Source: Ranitomeya imitator (taxonomy: Eukaryota). From it: 64,000 nt of DNA. Position 1 is the stretch's first letter. Each line of letters starts with the position of its first letter. Shown in pieces: positions 50,900-63,331 of this stretch. A program made the position numbers and the translations under genes. Where the stretch lies: positions 10,540,001-10,604,000 of the forward strand of contig NC_091291.1 of assembly GCF_032444005.1 (NCBI RefSeq). The letters are read 5' to 3'. The notes under the pieces are model-generated. The model saw nothing but the letters and a program-made list of their open reading frames with translations, was not told the DNA's origin and did not search any database.

Positions 50900-51420
50900 A
50901 AGTCAGTAAAAAAGTGGAGGTGTGACTTACAATGGTGATGCTGATCTCAGTCTCCTAGATGGCGTCCTCCCCAATGCGTGTTTCGGCACACAGCCTTTGC
51001 CACGATTGGTGACGAAGGCAGCATGCTACTGGTGTTATACTGCACTAGCACTTTATCTATTTATTCATTCATTTACATCTTGCACTTTTTTGTTACATTT
51101 TTTATCATATACACATTTCACGGTTTACACAATCTTTTGATTCACTCAATCTTTACATCAATTTTTTACAACTTTTTTTGTGCATTATTTATATCAATAT
51201 ATGTATTGGTTTTTGACAATTTGGCACTTTAAACATCTAGTTCCATTTGTTCTGGATGCGCGCCTCCTTGTTTTTAGTAACTTTTATTTTGTTATCTACA
51301 TTGTGGTTGTTCTGCTATTTCACCTGATTATTTGTAATCTAATAAATTAATTTAAATTTTTTTCACCATGATACTTTGGACTTTATGGTCGTTTTTTCTT
51401 CTTCTTCGCTTCGCTTAACT
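50900..51420 (-). mobile_element. Degenerate Penelope-like terminal-repeat remnant with a decayed hammerhead motif (about 50968-51012)
   Basis: Minus strand reads GGC-TGTGT-GCC GAAA CACGCA TT GGGG, but the CUGANGA core is corrupted (TGGCAAA). Confidence 0.35.
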
Positions 51421-51560
51421 TTGAATGCACTAGAATGGAGACTGTGAACTCCCTACCTGGGTCTGAACCCGCAAATGTTCTCTTGGATAAAAGGGTGAAA
51501 ATTAACACAATCACCTCCAAAATCTAATAGAAATGCTTCTCAACTCCATAATAATGCTTA

Positions 51561-52620
51561 CCATATATACTCGAGTATAAGCCGAGATTTTAAGAGCCGA
51601 GATTTTAAGACAATATTTTTAGGCCGAAAGTGCCCCTCTTGGCTTAAACTCGAGTCATTGTCCCAGGGGGTTGGTGGGGGAGGGGGAGCGACAGCTGTCA
51701 CATCATATTCACCTGCTCCCGACGTGTCTCTGCGTGTCTCTGCTTCTCCGGCGCCCGCAGCTCTTCCTGTACTCAGCGGTCACATGGTACCGCTCATTAA
51801 AGTAATGAATATGGATGTGACTCCACTCCCATAGGGGTGGAGCCGCATATTCATTACTTTAATGAGCGGTGCCAGTGACTGCTGAACACAGGAACAAGCT
51901 GCCGGCCTGGGACCACGGAGAAGCAGGGACCGCACCGGGTGGGTGGGTATAACAGGAGAGGTTGAGCATTGCTATATTCACCTGTCCTTGTTCCACCGCC
52001 GGGCTCCATTTTCCGCATCCTCTAGCTGTGACGTTCAGGTCAGAGGGCGCGATGATGTAGTTAGTGCATGACGCCGTCTGCCTGAATAGTCAGAGAGCCG
52101 GAAGACGGTGCGGCGCACGGCGATGGAACGGGGACAAGTGAATATCACAACTGCCGGGGGAGTAAGCGACGATAGGTGAGTATGTCATTTTTTTTTCTTC
52201 ATCGCAGTAGCAACAGCATATGGGACATGATCAATGGAGCTTTTTATGGGGTCATCAACCTTTATGCAGGATTGTATGGGGCATAATCTATGGAGCATCT
52301 TAAGGGGCCATCATTAACCTTTATGCAGCATTATATGGGGCTTATTTTAATATGTTGCATCTTATGGGGCCCATCATGAACTTTATGGAGCATTATATGG
52401 GGCTCCTGATTCAATATGGATATTCAAAAACACTTAAACTACTGATGTCTCAATTAATTTTACTTTTATTGGTATCTATTTTTATTTTTGAAATTTACCA
52501 CTAGCTGCTGCATTTCCCATGATAGGCTTATACTCGAGTGAATAAGTTTTCCCAGTTTTTTGTGGCAAAATTAAGGGTCTCGGCTTATATTTGGGTCGGT
52601 TTATACTCGAGTATATACGG
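51561..52620. mobile_element. Non-autonomous Tc2/pogo-type DNA transposon (MITE-like, 1060 bp)
   Basis: TIRs CC(A/G)TATATACTCGAGTATAA at both ends, flanked by TA; no transposase. Confidence 0.88.
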
Positions 52621-52755
52621 TAATATTAATGACTATGGATGTAGAATGGGAGGTCAGGTAAAAATTGTGGAGGGGTCACAATATAGTATGTCTGACATAT
52701 GCATGCACCTCGCTGCCTTCCCTGAACACATGCAGCTACGGTATATACAGGTGCT

Positions 52756-53667
52756 TCTCTCCTGACAGAAGTTATGTCACTTATCCATGTTATATGGTTG
52801 TATAAATTATTCTTTTAAAAACTGAAACCCTCCGAAATGTGGTTTAGGTTAAGAAAATAAATTGTCATCAATGCAGAAATATTGATCATTTAATGGACAC
52901 GGAATCGTCAGAGTTTGGCAAGACAAAAGTTTTGTCGCCTGGTCATATAATTCACCCAATCCTAGTTTACATCTTCACCTGTGCTCAGTAAATGATTGGT
53001 TAATGTGTGTGTGTGTGTGTGTGTGTATAAAAAGATACCCAGCACCCCAGACCTTTACTTGAACTGCAACTTGAGCTCTGACAACATGCCAAAAATCCAC
53101 CCTGCGACCAAAGCCTGGATTATCAAGAGGCTGAAGACCAGATCCACTGCAGAGGTGGCTGGCACCTTTAATGTGTCTCAGCATCAAGTACAAATAATTA
53201 AAAAAAGGATTGGAGGGACTGGAGATGTGTTTGACAAGCCCAAGTCCAGCAAACCCCGCAAGAAAACTGCTCATGATTAACGTTTGTTGGTTAGAAAATC
53301 CAAAGCAAGCCCCTCTTCCACTGCAGCAGAGCTCCAACAGGCCTGGTCACCTCAAGTCCCAGTGTCAACTAGAACAGTTTGCAGGATTCTGTCTCGAAAT
53401 GGCCTCCATGGTCGAATCAGTGCCCAGAAGCCAGCACTAAACAAAAGGCGACAAAACTTTTGTCTTGCCAAAATCTGACCATTCTGTGTCCATTAAATGA
53501 TCAATATTTCTGCATTGATGCCAATTTATTTTCTCAACCTAAGCCACATTTCGAAGGGTTTCAGCTTTCAAAGAATAATTTATACAACCAATGGATGAAT
53601 TTAACATCAGGTTATAAGCTTTTATTTACGTAACATGGATAAGTGACATAATTTCTATCAGGGAGTG
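52756..53667 (+). mobile_element. Internally deleted Tc1 element with TIRs of about 200 bp; keeps the N-terminal transposase (53086-53448)
   Basis: The left end CTCCTGACAGAAGTTATGTCACTTATCCATG..GGCAAGACAAAAGTTTTGTCGCC is mirrored at the right end. MPKIHPATKAWIIKRLKTRSTAEVAGTFNVS..*RLLVRKS..TVCRILSRNGLHGRISAQKPALNKR. Confidence 0.88.
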
Positions 53668-54707
53668 TATTATATAGAGTCATTACAAACATCGTGTCTG
53701 CAAATTGAAATTTTGGTTTGGCTTTGGTTCTAAGTGATATTACAAGGCTCATTAGAGATTCGTTATTGACTTGTAGGATCGCTGCTTCCAATAGGTGGCG
53801 CCAGAGTTCTACTCCTCTTCCTCTCTGAAGAGACAATTTGCATATTTAATTTCGCAGATGAGCATTTTACATGGCTCATAAATCTCACTCTGACATGCCA
53901 TGCCACTGAATTTTAGATTTTGCCAAAATTTGCAAACTTTTGCATCTGGATGCTACTGAAAAACACTGATTAGATAGACAAATTGATTCATGTTTTGATT
54001 AATTCTATTAAAAAACTTGCTAAGAGGATGAGTATCTGACCTTATAGGGCATAATATATCAGAATAACAAATGTTTTCATGTGAATAGTTACATTTTTAA
54101 TGATTCTAGACATGTTTTTTGTGCTACAAAAAAAAGTGAAAATTCCATCAAAGTTCTTCTATTTCAATGGTGACAAAAACATTTCTTTTGGCTGGTGTTT
54201 ATTATGAAAAGTATATAAGTATTAAAATTAAAAGTATTCAATTTTCATCAACTAAATTATTTCGTTTAATGATTTTTTTTTACCACTGCATTAGTTTTAT
54301 TTTTCCATTTTGACTTTAAATGTTGTCATGTGTTTTCTATTGTATCTGATTGCATTTTTGTATTTTTTACTCTCAAGTACTTCCCATCATTATGAGTTCC
54401 TTAGATTATTCTTAAAAAAATATATTTTTTTCTTAATTCAAGAATTTGCAATACTTTATTATATTTTAATCTAAATTTTTCTTTTTGTTTTTGCTTTTGT
54501 CAGAATAAACTTTTGCTAACATGATACCCTTCCAATAAATAATATTAGATGCTTCATGGTGTTCACCCAAATTTTCATTCATAAAAAAATTATTTTATTT
54601 GTCAATGCTTCAGTGCCCCTTTTTAGGCTTTAAAAAAAAAAAGTTTTGCTATAAAGTCAATCCAAGCCTAGGAATATTGACTTAAAAATTCCTTTATGAA
54701 AGATGTA

Positions 54708-55993
54708 TGGATCGCCCCCAGACACAGGGCCACGAGTTCTCGGTACCGGGCCTCTCTGGTTCGGTTCTGGGGCTGTCACGGTGGCAAGACCTGGTTCGCG
54801 ACCCTGCTAAGGGGCGTCCAATGAAAGTAGTGGAACAGTCTGTCAGGGATTCGTGACGCCACCTGTGGTACTCGGTCAGGGTGACCGACGGTGCTGTGGG
54901 GTCCGCTGGGGTGATGAAATGGCAAATGGATGCTATACCTTCCCACAGGTGAAGTGTGTTCCCAGGGCTTCCCAGTAGGGTAGATGGTGATGGTGTAAGG
55001 CGCAGTCAATAATGAGGACACAAGGTTGCAGTCTCTTTACCTCTTTACTGAAGAGTAGACTTCAGGATCCTCAGTCCATAGTACGTTTAACAGGGCTATC
55101 AGAGACCGGCCGGTCCGATGGGCACATCCAGAGTTTCCTTTGCAGATGGAAATCGTTGCCCACCAATAGCGCCTGTGTGTTGTAGTCCTACCCTGCTGAG
55201 CATTCGGGATAGTCCTCACAACTGCTGTTCTCGTTCGTTCGTTCTCTACAGCTCTCTCTCTCTCTCATTCTCTTTAGTTCCAGATGTTACTAGTTTCTCG
55301 TCCCCCAGTATGTTTTGGCTAGGACGCACCCGTATGACGGGAAGGCTTGGAGGTCTTCCGGGACCCTAGAGACGCCCCTCTCCCAATGTTGCCCCCTATG
55401 TCTTCTTAGGAAATCTAAGGTAGACAGCCAACCTATAATTAACTGTCTGGCGGAGTTTGAAGTAAGGCCTGAAGTCAGTTACTCCTACGGTGTTCCGGCC
55501 ACCGACTACGCGCCTCAGTAAGATGTTGCCTCTGTCTCTCTCGGCACGACTCTTACTGGCTCTCCTTTGTGCTTGATCTCGTTTACACTGTTCCACAATA
55601 TCCTTCCCTTCATGTCTCTCTCCTGGATACCGCCGCAGGTGTGCAGGTGCGGTTCCGTTACGTTCTGTTCTGTTCGCTAGGCACCTGCCAGGTTCCCACG
55701 CCTGACAGGGACCCCCCCTGTGCCTTCTCCCTGCAACACCCCCTGCCACGGGATGTTGCCTGAATCCAACCCAGTCAGCTTCTGACTAACTTCCTCCCCA
55801 GCCCCTAGTTTTACCAGTGTGAGGAGTGGCCCAATAAATAAAGCCTTTTTCTCCCCCTAGTGGCCGGAGTGTGAAGTGTAATGTGTTCTGGTGATACCTG
55901 GTCAGGAGAACTCTTTAGTGCCATCAGACGTACCGCCACTCCCCTTAGTGGCAGAGTGCAATACTGCAACGACCAGGTCTCTGGGGCACTGCA
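54708..55993. mobile_element. Gypsy-type solo LTR (1286 bp)
   Basis: Imperfect terminal inverted repeats TGGATCGCCCC...GGGGCACTGCA; 4-bp target-site duplication TGTA at 54704-54707 and 55994-55997. Confidence 0.78.
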
Positions 55994-56899
55994 TGTACAT
56001 AAAACTTTTTTTTGAGACTTGCCTGGAAAAAGGAAGGACCTTGTCTTGTCGTGGTTCTGTTGCTCACAATTTATGGATGCAGGGATATATAAATAGATAT
56101 ATTACTCATCCATAAATTGTGCCAACAGTTCCTACAAGAGGATTGATAATTGTAGACGTTTCACTTCCCCTTGAACAATATTAGTCTTCTCTATCAGTGG
56201 GATTTGAGCCACTAGAATCTGGACATTTCCTTCATCGTGAACCCAATAATAACCACATCTTCACCACATTTCATAGATACTTTTTATTGTTATTACATAG
56301 ATTGGAACCAGAATAATTCTGGATTATAAGACGAAATCACAGAAATAAGTGACAGAATCTTTAACATACTGAATATTACAGGGATCGTTCTTAGAGTTAC
56401 AGAGTTGATGATAAACCAGAACTCGAAAACATCGTAAAAACATTATCTTCTTTTATTTATTCAACATCACACAAGACGAACAAGATAAACCGGAATCTTT
56501 GAGTTTATATTGTCTATTATGTCTCATGTTGGATATATAAAGAAGATACTGATATTATGACGTCCTCAAGTGCAGGTTTATCATTAACACTGCAAACATT
56601 TACCCTGGAACCCCAGCCCGCACCTTGCCCCAAGGCTGCTTAATGGATGGTTCGGGATTACATACATAGGAGGGTTGAGGTGATTAATTGCTTTCATCCT
56701 ATGCTTCTTCTAAAATGCCTAATCTGGAAACGGGGAAGATATTGTATCAGTAGACCATCCAGAAAGATCACCGACTCTGTAGGCAATATTCATGTCAACT
56801 CCATCCAAACTTGTCCAAATATTCTTTTCTGATTCACTCTGTCCTAGACGAGTGGCAGAAAGAGGGGCTTATATAGAAAGTCATTACCCATTGTCTTGA

Positions 56900-57625
56900 C
56901 CAGGTTTTTTAGGGTCTATTCTACTTGATCTTCTAGGGTCCATTCTATTTGGTCTTCTATGATCTATTCTACTTGGTTGTCTAGGTTCTATTTTACTTGG
57001 TGTTTGAGGGTCTATTCTACTTTGTCTTCTAGGGTCTATTCTACTTGGTCTTCCAGAGTCTATTCTACTTGGTCTTTGAGGGTCAATTCTATTTGGTCTT
57101 TTAGGGTCTATTCTACTTGGTCTTCTAGGATCTATTCTATAAGGTCTTCCAGAGTCTATTCTACTTGGTCTTTGAGGGTCAATTCTATTTGGTCTTTTAG
57201 GGTCTATTCTACTTGGTCTTCTAGGATCTATTCTATAAGGTCTTCCAGAGTCTATTCTACTTGGTCTTTGAGGGTCAATTCTATTTGGTCTTCTAGGGTC
57301 TTTGTACTTGGTCGTCTAGGGTCTGTTCTACTTGGTCTTTGAGGGTCTATTCTATTTGGTCTTTTAGGGTCTATTCTACTTGGTCTTCTAGGGTCCATTG
57401 TATTTGATCTTCTATGATCTATTCTACTTGGTCATCTAGGGTCTATTTTACTTGGTGTTTGAGGGTCTATTCTACTTGGTCATCTAGGGTCTATTTTATT
57501 TGGTTTTCTAGGGTCTATTCTAATTGGTCTTCTAGGGTCTATTCTAATTGGTCCTCTAGGGTCTATTGTATTTGGTCTTCTAGGGTCTATTCTACTTGGT
57601 CTTTGAGGGTCTATTCTACTTGATG
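56900..57625. repeat. 24-bp minisatellite with a 96-bp higher-order unit
   Basis: Unit TCTAGGGTCTATTCTACTTGGTCT; the TTCCAGAGTC variant recurs every 96 nt. Confidence 0.9.
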
Positions 57626-57803
57626 GCTCTTTTACAAATACCAATTTTAATTCTCACATATGTGATAATATACAGATACATGCTGAAGCTACTAACAAAT
57701 GAAAGAATCTAACATTTCATGGCAATAATCAACAAGGGACTGAACGTTTATGGCCACCGCGTGGACCAGCACTGTAGACCTATAAAGCAGCTGTGACAAA
57801 TTC

Positions 57804-58144
57804 TTAGGGAATGGGACAATCTTCTATCTTCACACACTTAAAATTGGAAAATATATAGCCGTCATCACAGACACATGAAGGAACGTTGCTGCAGGTGTCA
57901 GGGTTATGTCCTTCTTCACAGTTTGGTTGGCAGGTGGATGCGTAGGGCTCATAGTGCATGTTAGCTGGACATTTTCCTTCGCAATCTTCGGGCTTGACGC
58001 AGCCTGCATTGGATGGGATAAGGCCATCATCACATCTACAGCCATAATATTGATGGTAGGTACAGAGTTTCCCCGGGTAGTTAGGGCTGTTACAGGTTGT
58101 ATCACATCCAGTAATGAGTCCATAATGTGTGTTTAGAGGACAAA
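57804..58144 (-). CDS. TIL-C terminal exon: two 8-Cys TIL domains; 140-aa secreted protein when spliced
   Basis: Acceptor TTCGGTTCTAG|, phase 1. CPLNTHYGLITGCDTTC..CTYHQYYGCRCDDG..CVKPEDC and CPANMHYEPYASTCQPNC..CSNVPSCVCDDGYIF..CVKIEDC. The three exons total 423 nt, in frame. Confidence 0.9.
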
Positions 58145-58584
58145 CTAGAACCGAAGAAGATAAAAATCTCACGTTAAGGAATTGTTACCGACCACAAAGT
58201 CCACTTTAGTCAATTACAATTTTTGTCTGACATTTTTGGCCCGAACACTACAGGGTGAATATTGGGATCTTCCCAAGTTCCAACAAATAACTACAGCTTG
58301 TTGGGTCTCCCATGTGATTAGAGTTCATCTCACATGATCAGTAAATTTACGGAATGTGTCAATCAAGCTGTCAATCAAGCTGTCAATCAAGCTTTACAAT
58401 TATTATTATCCGCAGCAAATCGTCGTGTGTAAACTACAGAGGAGCTGCCGAGAACAATGACAGTTCCTGTGCATGGAAGGATCTTATTAATGATCATTCT
58501 GTGCACAAAGAATTCTGGTCTGTCTGTGTAAACAGGTGTCAATCAGCAGTCGTTCAACAGCCAACAATTGTAAGTTCTGCTCAC

Positions 58585-58626
58585 CTATTTTCTTTATACT
58601 GGAACAGTCGGTCTGCCACTGTAACA
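58585..58626 (-). CDS. TIL-C exon 2: (V)LQWQTDCSSIKKI
   Basis: Acceptor CTCGTCACAG|, donor G|GTGAGC, 42 nt, phase 1-1. Confidence 0.75.
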
Positions 58627-58943
58627 CTGTGACGAGATTAAAGAGCTTTTATTATGATGATTATTTTGCAACTATTATTTTTATCTGTGTTATTATTCAG
58701 GGATCAGATAAAGGTAAGAGAAGGTTTCATCCTTCATATCAAATGTATCAGGACATGAAGAAAACACACAAAAAAACATAACAGCAAGTATATAGTACTG
58801 CAAAATAGAACATGTTGAAATGCTGTTATCAGAGATGTATCAAACACAAAGAAAATAATAGATTGTATCAAGAATCATAGATGTTCCGAAAATGTCTAAA
58901 AGTATTAAACAATAATAAAGTACAGATGTGAAATAAGACTCAC

Positions 58944-58983
58944 CAGCCATCAAGAAGACAACGGAAAGTGTCAGGAAGCCCAT
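58944..58983 (-). CDS. TIL-C exon 1: signal peptide MGFLTLSVVFLMA
   Basis: ATG at 58983, 40 nt, donor G|GTGAGT. Confidence 0.85.
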
Positions 58984-59016
58984 GTCTTCTGTAGATTGGA
59001 GACTTCAAGTGACTTG

Positions 59017-59028
59017 TTATAATATAAC
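59017..59028 (-). promoter_or_regulatory. Putative TATA box of TIL-C
   Basis: TATATATTATAA on the minus strand, 35-45 nt upstream of the ATG. Confidence 0.45.
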
Positions 59029-60739
59029 GATTCTGGGAAGGTCGTCTATGTACCGACTGTAGGACGGAGTTCTCCGCTGTGCCATTTATAGGACCCAGAT
59101 CCGTAATATTTGCATGCATCATTACATATCTGTCCATTGCTACATTGTGCAATATGTTCTCAAATGAAGCAATAATAAAACGTGACGCAACAAGGAAGGA
59201 TGAGATGTCTCATAATTAATAATTATACCTTCTTTTATACAAAAGGGCTCAGATTCTTACAGCTACAAAACAGATGTCCAACTTTAGTCTTAAAGGGAAT
59301 GTGTCATAAAATATGTATTTTTGCTTAAGTCAGCTTTTTGTTTTTGTAAGAAAGTCGTCCTTACTGAGAGCTGGAAGAGCCGGGAAAAATATGTAGACAA
59401 TCCTCTTATCAAGCTGAGACTGAAGTTTATTCAGAGATTTCGCAGCAGAACAGTGAACACATGGAAAGTCAGTGAGACAAAGCATGCAGGCACGAACAGG
59501 AGCCCAGAAAGACAAAGTAACGCTGGGACATCTGGCAACGGTTTGGCGGTAGCCTGGTCATGGTGGCAGAATGGCAATGTTATGGCCCCAAACAACGTTA
59601 ACAGGGGCTTTTTATACATGATACAGACAAAGAAAGCACATTGCGGTAAAAGGGCGTATACATGATAACATCATACTGCGGATTAAAACATATATTCAAG
59701 GACAAAGCAATGGTTAAATGTAATGACTTTGAGGCTCTTTTCCCCAAACTCCATTAGAATTCGTAAATCTCCATGATCCTTTTAGCTACTGTCATTAATT
59801 ACATCAAGTCTATTTTCCAATATCACTATGACAAATGCACTTATTTATTACCATATGTTACCCTTTATCTGATCCAATTAACCCGTGTGTATGGCAGCTA
59901 TACCTGCTATTGGCTATGATTTCATCTTGTGTCCTCAATCTGTGTAGGACTTTCAGAAGAACATCCTATTAGCTTTTTATAAGTAAAAGTCAGTTTGTTT
60001 CTTACTAAGCAATAGATGGCTGCTAGAGTCAACATGGCTGCTCAGAATGTGAGGACTTCTCATTCTCTTATAGTTTTAAATACATATGTTATTTAAATGT
60101 TTAATTTTTTTTTCCATATTACAGTAAAATCTTGCCATTTTCACACAGTTTGATGGGGCTGTTTTAGACTCCATCCTCCTGTTTCAGCAAATACACATGT
60201 ACATTAGCAGCAATGAACAGAATAAGACCCCTTTGCATTGAAGCACCTAATGAGCGTGTGCAAAGGTTATTGTGAAAATTTCAATAATACCCAATTTTGC
60301 TGTTATTATAGATTAATTGTGGGGTAAAAAAACATTGCCAAAAGGTTTTATACAACATAAACTTGAGTTATTCGATGGGTCATTTTCTGATTAAACACTA
60401 ACTTTAAAGACCCTGAACAGTTCGTCTGCTTTGTTGTATGCTATGATTTCTGATACATTTTATGAGAGCCTATGATAGTCACAAATCCCCAATAATCAGT
60501 TGCTGCCTCTCTAACTTTACTATACTTTTCACTGCATCTATGGATTTCCAGCTTAGCTTATACGTAAAGATGAGGAATTCTTTCAATGCGAATCAAATGT
60601 GTGTAAAATGTATAGAAATTTGCCGTAGTTGGCAAATTAGAACAATAAGTTACCATCACCTTTTAACGTATTTCCAAAAAATTGTAGCAGCCTGAGAAAG
60701 GTCACATGACCTCAGGCATGGATGAGCTTGTGACTACCA

Positions 60740-60800
60740 AATCACGTGGAATAGCACGGCCAATCAGGAAAGACTATCATGATCTGTATAAAAGCAGAAG
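60740..60800 (+). promoter_or_regulatory. Pol II promoter-like module, probably of a mobile-element terminal repeat
   Basis: CACGTG (60743-60748), CCAAT (60760) and TATAAAA (60787) in canonical order. Confidence 0.4.
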
Positions 60801-62770
60801 CAGGAAGTGCAGCAGCCAATTTGTGGCGAATCTGGATAGTGAGAAAACGTCACAGGTCGAAGTTTACCCATAGAGATGTGGAGAGAAAGTTATAAAATAC
60901 TGAAGAAACTGTACAGATAGTGCGTGATAGCTCAGCAAAGCCTTGGTTTTGGGGCGTTTCTGTAAGGACAGTGGGCACCTCCTGTAGTTTTGGAGTCTTG
61001 TAACCAGTCGTCTTGTTCTGATACGGTTTTATGGGTTAGGTGGGGTTTTTTTGTGTGTTAGTTGTTTTAATATTAATGTACTGTTCTATTATTTCCACAT
61101 ACTAGCATACATCACGCAAATAAGAGCATTCATCCATGGCTACTAGAACTCCGGATGGGGAATGAAAGCCTCCTTTTGGACTTTTTCATCAAGAGAATCC
61201 GTTATCAAGCATCTTGGAAAATTACGAATACAGATGAAATCACGTAGTAAACATCATTAACATGGTCCATTGTCCGTATATTTCACTGCACTTGGTCTTT
61301 ATATAGATGTTCAATTTTAATTTATGTTGTATTAGAACATATTATGGTATACTTTTGCACCTCACATTAAGTCCAGATTATGATATTGGAGTCATAAAAT
61401 GCAAGTTTGAACATATAGTCTCACATATATCAGTGCACACATCATATCATAATTTTAACATTATTATTAGTTTTTCACGTCATAATTCCTTGGGGGTTAC
61501 GGGGGGTGGTGCGCATGCCCTGCGTGGTGGGGGGGGTGGATCTTCCTGCTGGTGGCACGGGTCGGGCTCTTGTCCTCCCCCACTGAGTTGGGTCAGGTCA
61601 TGGGTCATGCCATAGCCGCTGGTGTGTGGATCCCCAACCTCGGACTCCGTAGGGCATGCGCCAATGGAACCCATCTGTGCCCAATTTATAGGTTCACTAG
61701 TCACCTAAGGTGATATTGACCCTGTGTTCCGGGCCATAAACATTGTATAATTATTATATGGCACAGAGTTACCTCACACTCATATAATCCCACTATTATT
61801 CACATATGTCACACAGCCACGGACCATATAGTTATATACAGATGCATCTCTTTTTTTGTGCTCCGATAGCGATTATCTAGGGGACAAGCTCTGTTATAGC
61901 ATAGCCATTATGGTATACACTTAGTCAAATACTTATATTTCTTTTTATTTTTGTATTTTTCAATTTTTATTATTTTTTGTTTATTATTTCTGTATTCCAG
62001 CAATATAACTCTATATGGTATATGGAATTAGCATATGCCTGGGGTAATGTACTCGTAGATAGCATACAAGCGGCAAGTTGTTACCTAGGCAATATAGCTT
62101 TAATATAGTGTAAAATAATCTTTCATTATTGAGTGGTGGGCTATGCGTATTGAAGCATGGCAAGATGTCCTTACAATTAATACATCGCCCCTTATTTGCC
62201 ACGCTTCGCTATTGCTTATTAGAGTGCAGCTTCCTTTGTTTTCCCTGACCTGGGAGTTGTGTGATGTATGTTGCTAAGCAACGTCTGTTTGAGTCCGTGA
62301 TCATTATCATACGGCATTCTACTCGGCGGCACAGGATGTAGGTCATCTCCAACAGGCAAATTAGTTTTTTGACTAATAGAGCACCTTTTGTATACACAGT
62401 GGCTGTCGATCAGCGCTGTACTGTGGGAACGTAGTACAGTTTCCCCTTTTCCGCTGACTTCCGCAGTTGCGCAGTGACATATATTATGTTGCTAAGCAAC
62501 ACTTGTGTCTGACCAAATCACTATGCGATATACATGGTTTTTTACCTCGGTCACAACAAAGAGTGTTGTGCGGTGACAAGACATATGCTTGTCGGTAGTT
62601 ACAGCACAACATTATACTTAGAAGTAGGAATATCTGCTGCAGATACGGAGGTCATACACCGGAAGTGGGGAGTAATTTTCAGTACGGGAATAGCTATTGG
62701 ATGTTAGTAGTAAGGCAGTGATTGGCTAGAGGTGGATGTAAATAGACCCAACTTACCCTCCACTGTACAC

Positions 62771-62809
62771 GCCCCCGGATGAAGATACTATCGAAACGCG
62801 CGTAGGGGT
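62771..62809 (+). ncRNA. Minimal Penelope-type hammerhead ribozyme with a U4G core substitution (probably inactive)
   Basis: Stem I GCCCC/GGGGT; core CGGATGA; extra A; stem II GAT-ACT-ATC; GAAA; palindrome ACGCGCGT; GUA triplet at 62802-62804. Confidence 0.6.
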
Positions 62810-63331
62810 TTTCCATTGCGTGTGCTTCAGCAAGGTGAATATGCTTTTACATTTTATACTTACCATCGTAACATTCTAACTGAGTATGTGCAGGACTATT
62901 AAGGTGACCACTAAGGGACCTTCCAGTGAGGTTGAGCCAAAAAAACAGTCGATTTACTTTACCTTTATATATATTAGCACTTCCATAGTGGATTTTGGCC
63001 GCCAAATTCTGGCATACAAATAAGCACATTGGCACTTTAGTGATTTTTAAGGCAGCCACCTTGCAGTAATAGTAACTTAGAGCCTACATAGCATTGTCAT
63101 ATAATAATTGACTTAAAATAAGGTATTCAACCAAAGAGAAATATGCATGTCAGGTATTATTATTAAGCACATGTCAATTGTTGTTCTTTTGGATTGGAGG
63201 TACATGTACAAATTGTCATATTTTATATGTTTTTTTATAAAGTTGTTTCTTATGGATCAATAAAAATTTATATTTTTGAACTAAAACATTCTGGGCCCTG
63301 AATAACATTCTTGGGGGCCTTTTGGGTGATA

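Noticed and set aside
56959-57623. SSRVYSTW-repeat ORFs
   Set aside because: The 24-bp minisatellite is in frame by arithmetic but is interrupted by stops and has no signal peptide or splice context.
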